Assembly (NCBI RefSeq): GCF_009914755.1
Contig: NC_060938.1
DNA from: the human T2T-CHM13v2.0 reference genome, Homo sapiens
DNA length: 64,000 bases
Strand: one strand, 5' to 3'
Below the pieces are notes generated by a model. It was not told the DNA's origin. It saw only the letters and a program-made list of their open reading frames with translations, and ran no database searches. Position 1 is the stretch's first letter. The number at the start of each line of letters is the position of its first letter. The position numbers and the translations under genes are program-made. Positions 28,430 to 41,857 of the stretch are shown here, piece by piece.

Positions 28430-30975
28430 TTCATTAATTTGTTCATTCATTCAACAAATATTTATTGAGCTGCTGTTACACACTGGCCTAGTATTAAGGA
28501 CAGAGCAGTGAATAAAACAAAGTCCTTGCTCTAGTGATGGTTTATGTTAACAGTAAACAAATAAATATGTAACATGTCAGGTGATGATAAGTGCCATGGA
28601 GAAAAATAGAGCAGGGTAAGGGACTAGGAAGTGATCATAGGTGGGTTTGCTACTTTATACAGGGTGGTTGGTGAAGGCTGTCCTGATAGGTGACACCTGA
28701 AGAGAGACCCGAAGGAATTGGGGGAGTTTGGCACGTGGATATTCAGGCAAAAGAAATTTTCAGGCAGAAAGACCAGCTGAACAATTGCTCTGAGGCCGGA
28801 GAGTACTTGGCCTTTGAAGAACAGCGAGAAGGCCAGTGTGGCTGGGATCGGGGAGAAGGGAGTGGTAGAAGATGAGGTAAAAGAGCAAGTAGTGAGGCCA
28901 GGGGACACAGGGCCTTGAAGGCCATGGCAAGGACATCTAAAGGGCATGGCACATCATGGGAGGATTTGTGCTAAGGAGCGACAGGATATGAGTGCAGTTT
29001 ATAGGATTACTCTAGCTACTGTGCGGAAAGTAGATTGGAAAGGTGCAAGGGTGAAGGGGCAGGGAGTTGTGTTAGAAGGCTATTTCAATAGCCCAGGTAA
29101 GGGATGAGGTGACAGGGGTAGAGGTGGTAAGAAGTGGATGTTAATCAAGTGTTCTGATATACTTTGAAGGTAGAGAAGATATAATTTGCTGACGTGGGAT
29201 GTGAGAGAAGAGGAGAAGCCAAGGTGTGGCGACTCTGAGGCTTAAGCAACTGGGCTAACAATGGTAACTTTTAATAAGATGGTGAACTCTATGGGAGGAA
29301 CAGGCTTGCCGTAGAGCATTAAGAGCTTGGTTTTAAACACGTTAAGTTAGAGACACTTATCAGACATCAAGTAGGCAGCTGAACAGTATATGAGTCTGGA
29401 GTTCAGGAAAGAGGGTGGAGCTTGAGATAGCAATTTGAGAGTGGTCGGTCTAATAAATGGTATCTAAAACCATAGGGCTGGAAGACATCACCTAGTGGGT
29501 TAGTATTTACAGAGGAAGGGTCTGAGGACTGGGCCTTGGGATACTCCAATTTTAGAGTTGGGAGGAAAGTGAAGGAACCAGTGAATGAGACTGAGAAGAA
29601 GCATTCAGTGAGATTTGAAGAGAACCAAAGAGAAGGAGGTGTGTCAAGAAGGAGCAAGCGAATATGTCAAATGCTGCTGAGAGGCTGGGTAGGGTGAAGA
29701 TTGAGCATTTATCATTGGATTTAGCAAAGCACAGATTATCTGTGACCTCAATGATAGTTTCAGGGCAGTGGTGATGAAAGGCTGTTTGGAGTAGGTGCAA
29801 CAAAGAACAGGAGAAGAGTAAGTGGAGAGCGTGCACACAGATAATCTTTTTGAAGAGTTTTTCTGTAGAATGAGGGAGAAAAATGGGATGGTACTTGAGG
29901 GCATCATATATTAAGGGATTGTGGTTTTTAAATATAGAAAATATACAGAGTGTTTTCATGCTGATGGGAATGATCCAGTAAAGAACAATAACCTTGAGGA
30001 GGTGTGAGAAAGGATGGGACCCAGGGAAAAAAATGGAAGGTTGGTTTTACACAGGAGCACTGACAGTTTATCCACTGTACTAGAAAGAAAAGCAGAGAAT
30101 TTGGAACCTATGTAAGGGATTGGTAATACTGTTTAAGGGATTGGTAATACTTTTTAGATTGCTTCTACAATCTCAGTGCAATAAGAAACAAGGCCATCAG
30201 CTAAGTGAGGAAGTAGAAGGTGTTGGAAGTTTGAGAAAAGAGAAGTTATAAGATAATTGTCTGTAAGAGTATAAGAGAGTGAATTGACCAGGGAAGTGAA
30301 GCAAGATTGAAGGGCAGCACTAAAGACCTTCCTAAGGTCAGTGGTCATGAATTTAAAGAAAGACCCTTCACCATGCTTGTGTGTTTTTCCCTAGTCAATA
30401 TCATTTGCTTGTGTGCTATTAGAGAGTAAACAGAGAGCTACGTTTCTCCAGTTTTGGGTTTTTTTTTCCTGGAAAAGTCCAAGAGAGGAAGAGAAGAGCA
30501 AGGGAACAACTACACATACAGATAAGAGACTCTCATGATGGAAGGTGGAATTAAGCTCAGTTATATAGAAGGTGAGGACACGAATGGGGTGACGGATGTG
30601 CAAAGTGACAGGTCAGTGGAGAGCGAGCAGGTTCCATTAGGTTTGAAGAATTTTGAAACTGGGCTATTGGAGGGAGGATGCTGAAAGATGAGAAGCCATA
30701 GTGAAAGAGTGAGATGCTTCTTTCAAGGTAATGGGGAGAATGCTGTTGTTGGTAATGGCAAGGTCTCACACATGACTGTGGAAGTTGGTGGCTTGGAGGA
30801 GGGTGAGGATAGGATCACCGGGAATGAAGGGGTCAAAGAACTAAGAAGATCATGCTTATGAATGTTGAAGTCACTAATAATTGAGACAGATCTGGTCCTA
30901 GAAAGAGACAATGACCCAGGTGCTAAAATCTTCAAGGAATGAGGAATGGTAGGTAACCTGGAGGTCTTAAGATGA
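28430..30975 (-). mobile_element. Long L2 (L2a-like) copy of about 2.5 kb
   Basis: Tail 'ttcattcattcaacaaatatttattgag'. Minus-strand translations give L2 RT remnants (PETIIEVTDNL...LSAAFD) and an endonuclease remnant (IISDFNIH). Confidence 0.85.
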
Positions 30976-30979
30976 CCGC

Positions 30980-31850
30980 AAAAAGTAGAAGTAAAATGAG
31001 CAAAGCCTACCAAAACAGGAGTAGGTTCAGAATATGCAAATACCTTAAAAACAAATAAGAAACAAGCAAGCAACCCAATAAGAAATGGACAGAGAACGAA
31101 CAGGCAATTTACAGAGGAGGAACCCTGAATGACCCAGCAGGAAAAGAGGATCAACCTCACTGCTAATCAAGAAAATGCAAAGCAAGACAAGATGCTCTTT
31201 AACATCTACCAGAATGACACAGATGAAAATGTCTGAAAGCACCAGCATTAGGAATGATATGGAGGAATAGGAGCTTTCATACAAGTGTAAGTTGCTACAA
31301 TGGCTTTGGAAAACAAATTTGGTAATATACAGTAAAAATCAAGATGCATGTGATCTTTGACCCAGCTTCTTCCTCCCAGATATAAACTCTGGGAAAAGCT
31401 CACACATGTGTGGTGCAAGGAGATATGCACAGGATACTTATGGCAGCGTTATGTGTAATAGATAAAAATTAAAACAACCTAAATGACCGTCAACAGGAAA
31501 GTAGGTAAGTAGATTGTGTTTAGTCACACAATGAGAATATTCTATGCTGGTGCAAGTGAATGAACTAGAGATGCGTATGTTGTGGTTCAGTTCCAAAAAC
31601 AAGGTTGCTAAAAATCAGTAAGTTGCATAATGATAAGTACAATGTGATAACACCACCTTTGGTAAAGTTTAAAAACAAATAAGACAATACATATGATTTA
31701 TGAATGCATATGTAGTAAAATGTACAAAACATGAACAAGAAGGATATATACAACTTCTGAACAGCAGCCACCTCTGGGGAGGGCAGAGAGAGGAGAATGG
31801 ATCTGGAAGAAGCGCAAAGTGGAGGTTCTATTCAATTTGTAATGTTTTAT
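30980..31850 (+). mobile_element. Old L1M 3' end
   Basis: 'caacccaataagaaatggacag...gaaaatgcaaa...tttggaaaacaaatttgg...aaacaacctaaatg'. Confidence 0.7.
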
Positions 31851-32003
31851 TTCTTTTCTTTTCTTTTCTTTTCTTTTTTTCTTTTTCTTTTTTTTTTTTT
31901 TTTGAGACTGAGTCTCACTCTGTTGCCCAGGCTGGAGTGCAGTGGTGCAATCTTGGTTCACCTCTGCCTCCTGGGTTTAAGCAATTCTCGTGCCTCAGCC
32001 TCT
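31851..32003 (-). mobile_element. Partial Alu (tail and part of right arm), fused directly to L1
   Basis: (TTTTC)n/Tn tail, then Alu text to 'gcctcagcctc', then an abrupt switch to L1 sequence. Confidence 0.9.
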
Positions 32004-32005
32004 CA

Positions 32006-35000
32006 GTGCTGTTAGGGTGTCAATTTTAGATCTTTCCTGCTTTCTCTTGTGGGCATTTAGTGCTATAAATTTCCCTCTGCACACTGCTTTAAATGCGTCC
32101 CACAGATTCTGGTACATTGTGTCTTTGTTCTCATTGGTTTCAAAAACATCTTTATTTCTGCCTTCATTTCGTTATGTACCCAGTAGTCATTCAGGAGCAG
32201 GTTGTTCAGTTTCCATATAGTTGTGCAGTTTTGAGTGAGTTTCTTAATCCTGAGTTCTAATTTGATTGCAATGTGGTCTGAGAGACAGTTTGTTTTGATT
32301 TCTATTCTTTTACATTTGCTGAGGAGTGCTTTACTTCCAAGTGTGTGGTCAATTTTGGAATAAGTGTGGTGTGGTGCTGAGAAGAATGTATATTCTGTTG
32401 ATTTGGGGTGGAAAGTTCTGTAGATGTCTATTAGTTCTTCTTGGTGCAGAGCTCAGTTCAATTCCTGGATATCCTTGTTAACCTTCTGTCTCGTTGATCT
32501 GGCTGATATTGACAGTGGGGTGTTAAACTCTCCCATTGTTATTGTGTGGGAGTCTAAGTCTCTTTATAGGTCTGTAAGGACTTGCTTTATGAATCTGGGT
32601 CCTCCTGTATTGGGTGCATATATATATAGGATAGTTAGCTCTTCTTGTTGGAATGGTAAAGGGAATTGATCCCTTTACCATTATGTAATGGTCTTCTTTG
32701 TCTTTTTTGATCTTTGTTGGTTTAAAGTCTGTTTTATCAGAGACTAGGATTGCAACTCCTGCTTTTTTTTTTCCATTTGCTTGGTAGATCTTCCTCTGTC
32801 CCTTTATTTTGAGCCTATGTGTGTCTCTGCATGTGAGATGGATCTCCTGAATACAGCACATTGATGGGTCTTGACTCTTTATCCAATTTGCCAGTCTGTG
32901 TCTTTTAATTGGGGCATTTAGCCCACTTATATTTAAGGTTAATATTGTTATGTGTGAATTTGATCTTCTCATTATGATGTTAGCTGTTTATTTTGCCCGT
33001 TAGTTGATGCTGTTTCTTCCTAGCATAGATGACCTTTACAATTTGGCATGTTTTTGCCATGGCTTGTACCTGTTGTTCCTTTCTACATTTAGTGCTTCCT
33101 TCAGGAGCTCTTGTAAGGCAGGCCTGGTGGTGACAAAATCTCTCAGCATTTGCTTGTCTGTAAAGGATTTTATTTCTCCTTCACTTATGAAGCTCAGTTT
33201 GACTGGATATGAAATTCTGGGTTGAAAATTCTTTTCTTTAAGAATGTTGAATATTGGCCTCCACTGTCTTCTGGCTTGTAGAGTTTCTGCCAAGAGATCT
33301 ACTGTTAATCTGGTGGGCTTCCCTTTGTGGTTAACCTGACCTTTCTCTCTTGCTGCGCTTAACATTTTTTCCTTCATTTTAACCTTGGTGAATCTGACAA
33401 TTATGTGTCTTGGGATTGCTTTTCTTGAGGAGCATCTTTGCGGTGTTCTCTGTATTTCCTGAACTTGAATGTTGGCCTGCCTTGCTAGGTTGGGAAGTTC
33501 TCCTGGATAATATCCTGAAGAGTGTTTTCCAACTTGGTTCCATTCTCCCCGTCACTTTCAGGAACACCAATCAAATGTAGATTTGATCTTTTCACATGGT
33601 CCCATATTTCTTGCAGGCTTTGTTCATTTCTTTTTACTCTTTTCTTCTTGCTTTATTTCATTAATTTGAACTTCAATCACTGATACTCTTTCTTCAACTT
33701 GATCGCATCAGCTATTGAAGCTTATGCATGCGTCATGTAGTTCTCATGCATTGGTTTTCAGCTCCATCAGGTCATTTAAGGTCTTGTCTTCACCGTTTCT
33801 TCTAGTTAGCTATTCGTCTAATTTTTTTTCAAGGTTTTTAGCTTCCTTGGGATGGGTTCAAACATCCTCCTTTAGCTTGGAGAAATTTGTTAATACCGAC
33901 TTTCTGAAGCCCAGTTCTGTCAGCTCATCAAAGTCATCCTCCATCCAGCTTTGTTCCTTTGCTGGAGAGGACCTGTGATCCTTTGGAGGAGAAGTGTTGC
34001 TCTGGTTTTTAGAATTTTGAGCTTTTCTGCTCTGGTTTCTTCCCATCTTTGTGGTTTTTTTTTTTTAAATTATACTTTAAGTTTTAGGGTACATGTGCAC
34101 AACGTGCAGGTTTGTTACATATATAAACATGTGCTGTGTTGGTGTGCTGCACCCATTAACTAGTCATTTAACATTAGGTATATCTCCTAATGCTATCCCT
34201 CCCCCCTCTCCCCACCCCACAACAGGCCCCGGTGTGTGATGTTCCCCTTCCTCTGTCCATATCCACCTTTGGTCTTTGATGTTGGTGACCTACAGATGGA
34301 GTTTTGGTGTGGATGTCCTTTTTGTTGATGTTAATGCTGTTCCTTTCTGTTTGTTAGTTTTCCTTTCAACAGTCAGGTCCCTCAGCTGCAGGTCTGTTGG
34401 AGTTTGCTGAAAGTCCACTCCAGACCTTGTTTTCCTGGGTATCACCAGTGGAGGCTGCAGAACAGCAAATATTGCAGAACAGCAAATATTGCAGAACAGC
34501 AAATATTGCTGCCTGATCCTTCCTCTTGAAGCTTCATCCCAGAGGGGCATCTGCCTATATGAGGTGTCATTCAGCCCCTACTGGGAGATGTCTTCCAGTT
34601 AGGCTACACAGGGGTCAGGGACCCACTGGAGGAGGCAGTCTGTCCATTCTCAGAGCTCAAACACAGTGCTGGGAGAACCACTGCTCTCTTCAGAGCTGTC
34701 AGACAGGGACATTTAAGTCTGCAGAAGTTTCTGCTGCCTTTTGTTCAGCTATGCCCTGCCCCCAGAGGTGGAATCTACAGAGGCAACAGGCCTTGCTGGG
34801 CTGCGGTGGGTTCTGGCCAGTTTGAGCTTCCTTGTCTGTTTTGTTTACCTACTCAAGCCTCAGCAATGGCAAACACCCCTCCCCCTTCCAGGCTGCTGCC
34901 TTGCAGGTCAATCTCAGACTGCTGCACTAGCAGTGAACAAGGCTCCATGGGCATGGGAACTGCCAAGCCATACGCAGGATATAATCTCCTGGTGTGCCAT

Positions 35001-35305
35001 TTGCTATGACCATTGGAAAAGTGCAGTATTTGGGCAGGAGTATCCTGATTTTCCAAGTACAGTCTATCACAGCTTCCCTTGGCTAGGAAACAGAAATACC
35101 CCAACCTCTTGTGCTCCCGGGTAAGGTGATGCCCTGCCCTATTTTGGCTTGCCTTTTGTGGGCTGCACCCACTGTCCAACCAGTCCCAATGAGATGAACC
35201 AGGTACCTCAGTTGGAAATTTAGAAATCACCTATCTTCTGTGTCAATCACACTGGGAGCTGCAGACTGTAGCTGTTCCTATTCAGCCATCTTGAAATGGA
35301 ATCCC
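32006..35305 (-). mobile_element. L1PA (about PA7/8) 5' half: 5'UTR, disrupted ORF1, ORF2 endonuclease; 3' end missing
   Basis: 5' end reads CAAGATGGCTGAATAGGAACAGC (YY1 site) on the minus strand. ORF1 start MGRNQSRK at 34046, ORF1 C-terminal text at 33036-33377, ORF2 start MRRSNSHITILTLN at 32972. Multiple stops and frameshifts. Confidence 0.95.
34056..34260 (-). mobile_element. Younger L1PA 3'UTR fragment nested in the 5'UTR of the above L1
   Basis: 'tttttaaattatactttaagttttagggtacatgtgcac...ccccttcctctgtccat' splits the host L1 text 'gtggtttt|atccacctttggtc'. Confidence 0.9.
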
Positions 35306-35309
35306 TACC

Positions 35310-37030
<1,721 letters not shown>

Positions 37031-37163
37031 GTCTTCTTAAGCCTGCTCCTTTTCCACCTCGCTCTCCCTCTTTGTAGAGGAGACAGAAATAATTATCTGG
37101 CCTCTCCCACTGCCTTATAAATCTGACTGTGAGGAGTTCTCTTCTTTCCCCACCCCCTCCTAT

Positions 37164-37729
37164 TGAGGCAGAAATTTAAAAATAAATATGCATTCATTCA
37201 CTCTGAAAGTAACAGGCAAGGCAAGGGTTAAAAAGAAAAAAACAGGTTTTCCTCTGCCTAGCAGAGGAAAGTGCAGCAAGCTCACTTCAAGGACAGTTAT
37301 AAGATAATACTGTTTGAGAAGCCAAGGCCAAAGGAATGGACCCCAGACACCCCCCAGCTCCAGAGCAAGGTTGAAGGAAAAAAAAAGAAAGACAAATTCT
37401 TTTACTGTTACTCCTTTCCCAGGCTTCTTAAGCATGATTATGTTTTACAAATGTCTGTATTTAGCCACTTGTTGTTTTTCTTTCAATGCAGCTACAAGGC
37501 CACCAGCTATGCAAGGCCACAAGTTATGCTATGCTATAGATTATGTGACCTATCATATTTGATAAACGTTTGGGTTTATTTATTGTAAGTCTGCTTATAA
37601 AAACCTGTCTCTGTCTTTGTTTAATGCTCAGCTTTTTGGATGTGAGTCCACTGAGCTGGCGTGTACCTACAATGAACAATCCTTCTGTACTCTCATATCA
37701 GTCTCTCTGGTCCTCAGTTTCCTGCAACA
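37164..37729 (+). promoter_or_regulatory. Proviral 5' LTR (566 bp)
   Basis: TGAGGCAG...GCAACA. TATAAAAA at 37596-37603. Poly(A) hexamer mutated to AATGAA at 37671-37676. About 40 differences from the 3' LTR counted by eye (about 7%). Confidence 0.95.
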
Positions 37730-37733
37730 TTTT

Positions 37734-37751
37734 TGGTGACCACAAAAGGAC
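37734..37751 (+). other. Primer-binding site, tRNA-Arg
   Basis: TGGTGACCACAAAAGGAC matches 15/18 the complement of a tRNA-Arg 3' end (TGGCGACCACGAAGGGAC). Two of the mismatches are CpG decay. Confidence 0.8.
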
Positions 37752-38119
37752 CAGAGACAGCAGGTTTACTGTTTCCTTTGGCTCTGGGCGCTGGAGCCCT
37801 GGGCCTCAGGAGACCTGTGACCCCAGGTACCACTGGAAGAACTTCAGCCCGGAGAGGAAATCAGCTCTCCCCTGACCCGGCGCCCCTACCCAGCAGTGCA
37901 ATGGAACCTGAAAGGAGCTACAGGACAATTTCAGAAACAGCACCCTTCAGGAACTGCGGTAAGGTTTTAGGGCCCAAGGCAGGACCTGTCCCATGGGGAT
38001 GGAAGGGGAGCCTAATCACCTCCTGGGATGTGCCGAATAGTTCGACCCAGAGGGGCTGGGGGCAACAGGAGTAGCTCATCAATTCGGATGAATCTCACAC
38101 CCCAGTCGACACAGGATGC

Positions 38120-38262
38120 GAGAGTGGCTCGCTAAGTCAGCTAGGAAACTGGAGATGGTAAGAGTGGCTCGCCACCCCAACTAGGAAACTGGAGGTGGCA
38201 AGAGTGGCTCACCACCCCAACTGGGAAAGTAGAGGGGGTGAGAGTGGCTTGCCACCCCAATT
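38120..38262 (+). repeat. Leader tandem repeat, about 39 bp x 4
   Basis: The unit 'agagtggctcgccaccccaactaggaaactggaggtggca' recurs four times with variation. Confidence 0.85.
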
Positions 38263-38588
38263 ACAAACACGGGAACTGGGAGTGGGGAAGTGTGTGGAAG
38301 TGTGTGAATGGAGGGGCCTAATTAGGCTCATCAGCTGTGAAGTGGGGAGTCACAGATCTCTTAGCATGGACTGTATCCTCCAAGAACGTGTGGGGCCAAC
38401 TAAGACTAGTGGTGATCTGCATATGGCTAATAGGAGCTGCCCCATAGCTCAGAGTTGCAGTGAGAATAAGGACCTCTGCAAAGCCAAGCAGCATCTGAAA
38501 ACTCCCATAATAGGAGATGGTATATTCGGCCGAAATGAGAGGAACAGTGAGTGTGCAAGAGTGATTGTGCTGTGTCGTAAAGGGAGGA

Positions 38589-40561
38589 ATGGGAGGAAAG
38601 TCATCAAAAGTTACTCCATTGGAGTACATGTTACAGAACCTTAAGAAAGATTTTGCAAGGGATTATGGACTTAAGCTAAACCCCCAAAGATTGAGAACTC
38701 TCTGTGAATTAGAGTGGCCTTCTTTTGGTGTTGGGTGGCTGACTGAAAGAACTATAGATAGGGATAATTGGCTGTGCATTTAAGGTGGTGACAGGGCTTG
38801 GAGGACAGCCAGGGTACCCAGACAAATTTCCTTAAATTGATTCATGGTTAAATATAGCACAGACAAGAGCAGCCTGGATCCAGCCCTATTTAGCAGCTTC
38901 ACTGGCAGACACAGAGTTAAAGGGGAAGTTCCAGAGAGAGCAAGAGAAGCCAGTTTTGCAGGAGCTGCCAGAGGGAACAGAGATTCGTCCCAGCCTACCC
39001 CCCTTTGCCAAGGCTAACAGCCCCCCAGGAACCAGATTCAGGAGCTAACACACCCCAAGTTTCACCCCAAAGGGCAGAATCGGAGCCTCGAGAGGCCAGG
39101 GAAGGAAGTCAAGATAGTCAAGCAGGCAGTCTCAGATCTGGCTGTGCTTGAGCTATGCAAATGCCTCTCAGGGAGGTGCGAGGACCCATCTATTATTATG
39201 ATCAAGGCCAGGTTCAAGGGGGCAATGAACTTTCATCTACCAGCCCTTTTCAACCACTGATCTTTTAAACTGGAAATGCCACATTCCCTCCTACACGGAG
39301 AAGCCCCAAGCTCTTACAGATCTGATGCAATCCATCTTTCTGACATGCAATCCAACCGGGCCAGACTGCAGGCAGCTCCTCCTCACATTATTTAACACTG
39401 AGGAGTGCAGGAGAGTAACATAGGCAGCTCTCTGCTGGCTAGAAGCCAATGCACCAGAAGATGCAGTGAATGCTCAGGTACGTGCTCAGAGTCAGTTCCC
39501 AGACCAAGATCCCAACTGGGACCTGGTGGATGCAACACAACTTCAGCGTTTGCAGAGGTACCAAAAGGTCGCTTTTGCAAGGGATAAGAGCTGATAGAAA
39601 GCAATTAATATAGGGAAGATTTCAAAAGTGCTTCAGGGAGGTGATGAGAGCCTAAGTCAGTGGCTTTGTGAAGTATTACAGAGACTTTGTGAAGTATTCT
39701 GGTTTTACACCCCATTTCACCCTGAGGCTGCTGAAAATCAGCACATGGTAAACACAGCATTGGAAGGGCAAGCCCAGGGTAACATCAAGCAGAAGCTGCA
39801 GGCATGAATGCCACTCAGTGTACGTTAATCAGGACCAGAGAACAAAACAGAAAAGAGCAAAAGCAACAAGTGTGGTGCCAGGCAGCTAGGCACGCCAAGG
39901 GTTAAGCCCCTTTCCCCAGCCCGGCTCTATCTGGAAAAAGAGGGGGGAGGGGGGGACCAGCACCGGGAGAAGAGCAAAGGAGATGGAAGGGCATAATTCT
40001 GACATTTTGCGGCAGGCATCTCCCAAGCCTCTGGGCCAATGATGGCCCAGGGGGACTACGGTTGTGCAGACCCCACCCAGCCCAAAAGAGTAAATGTGAG
40101 AAGGGAAAGAAGAAAGTAAAAACAGAAATCCGAAAGAAACAGGAGAGACCTACGGCAGTGTGTGCGTGGGGGCGGGGCCGGTGTCATTGCCTGGCCCGCT
40201 GGCCTTAGGAACAGGAGAACTCAGGAAGGAAAAAGGAAGCAGATTGAAGGCTTAAGAAAAAGGCCAATCTGTTGGCAGCAGTCTTTATAGAGAGATTAGC
40301 AATGTGAGAGGACGTGGACGCAAATGTGGATGTGGAAGCGGTCAAGTTAGGCAGAGATTCAAGAGCCAGACAAGGCTAGAAAGAGATTAATGTGCGGGAT
40401 GCAAAAAGAAAGGACACGGGAAGGATGAATGTCCAGAAGGTAATAAAGAGAGTGGTAAATGCTGTGATATAAAGAAGTCATTGGCCAAGGGCTGCCGCAC
40501 GTTAGAGGAACCAGATACTGATCTGATTGGGCTGGCAAGAGCTGAAGGGTATGAGGACTAG
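38589..40561 (+). pseudogene. gag: Retroviral gag, disrupted
   Basis: MGGKSSKVTPLEYML...LCELEWPSFGVGW (gamma-type MA with myristoylation Gly). CA text YQPFSTTDLLNWK...CRQLLLTLFNTEE. Zinc knuckle CAGCKKKGHGKDEC at 40391-40432. Amber TAG at 40559-40561. Stops, frameshifts and an insertion. Confidence 0.9.
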
Positions 40562-41580
40562 GACAGACCAGGCTCCTTTTCATTAAGCCTCCAGGATCCC
40601 GTGGTCACATTAGAAGTTGAAGGCAGCAGGATTCTGCCACATCTGGATCCCAAATTTCTCACTGATGGCTAAGCCACTATATAAAGTTACAAAGGTTGGG
40701 TCGGGGGAAGAAAAAGTATCCTTCCTCTGGGACACTGAACTGAGAAGGAGCCATGCCTTCATGCCTTGTGAAAAACTTGCTTATAGACTTTACCGAAATG
40801 CCCCATGCTGGAGGCTGGCAGTATATGCTAGTGTTTATTTGCACCTTTTTCATGATGGAGTGAGGCTTTCCCCACTAGGACAGAAAAAGCACGAGAAGTG
40901 ACTAAAGTACTGTTAAGAGACATTATCCCCGGGTTTGGACTGCCTCTAACTTTAAAGTCAGACAATGGGTCAGCATTTGTAGCTGAAATAGTGCAAGATT
41001 TAACAAGACTGTTAAAAATAAAATGGAAGTTACACACAGCCTATCGGCCACAAAGTTCAGGAAAAGTGGAACCACGAACCGGACACTCAAGCAGCTACTG
41101 AAGAAATATTGCCAGGAAATTCATCTGAGATAGGATCAGGTTTTGCCTATGGTCCTCCTCTGAGTCAGGTGCACCCCCACCAAACAAACTGGGTATTTAC
41201 CCTATGAGATTTTGTTCGGTGGGCCACCCCCAAATCATAAGTCAAATTAAAGATGATCTCCAGGAACTAGGGGAATTAACTTTAAGAAAACAAATGCAGA
41301 AATAGCCATGCAAAGTGTTCATAATTAGGTACATGAAAAAAATGCCTAAAAACCTGATACCCCTTTAAACCTGGTAACTCTAGGTTAAAAAGTAGAACCC
41401 AACTTCTCTAAGACTCATGTGGGATGGGCCCCATACAGTAATCTTGTCCTTTCCCACTGCTGTTAAAGTTGCAGCTGTTGTGTCTTGGATCCACCACAGT
41501 TGGCTGAAACCGGCAGCTCAGGACAAGTGAACCAGCCAGCAGGACCCAGACCATTTGACTCGGCTGATCTTGTGACAAGA
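40562..41580 (+). pseudogene. pol: pro-pol remnant: protease start, RT thumb piece, integrase
   Basis: DRPGS...PVVTLEV jumps at about 40620 to AAGFCHIWIPNFSLMAKPLY, then at about 40740 to integrase IDFTEMP...SDNGSAF...HTAYRPQSSGKVE...WDGPHTVIL. Confidence 0.9.
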
Positions 41581-41857
41581 CTGAGTTGCTGCTGAGTACA
41601 ACAGCCCTGCTCTGGTCACTCCAGAGGCTGACCAGTCTACACACGGGTGAAGCTTGAGGAAACAACAAGCTCTGCTCTAGTCACACACCAGAAGCTGACT
41701 AGTCTATGCACAGCTGAAGCTTGAGGACTTGTCAAGCAAGTAAATGTAGTTAGAAATCTTAGGACTAGTAGTTTTCCTGTAATACTGTTTTACTATTGTT
41801 CCGTCGCTGTGCTCAATCTTCTTCCCCAGGTAAGGACCTCTTTTGTCCTTGCTGGAT

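Noticed and set aside
34456-34509. 17-bp x 3 repeat gcagaacagcaaatatt in the L1 5'UTR
   Set aside because: Slippage expansion of a repeat already present in this L1PA 5'UTR region.
41605-41730. Direct repeat of about 70 bp between pol and env
   Set aside because: As I recall, such repeats are usual at the pol-env junction of ERV3/HERV-E-type elements, so it is not locus-specific.
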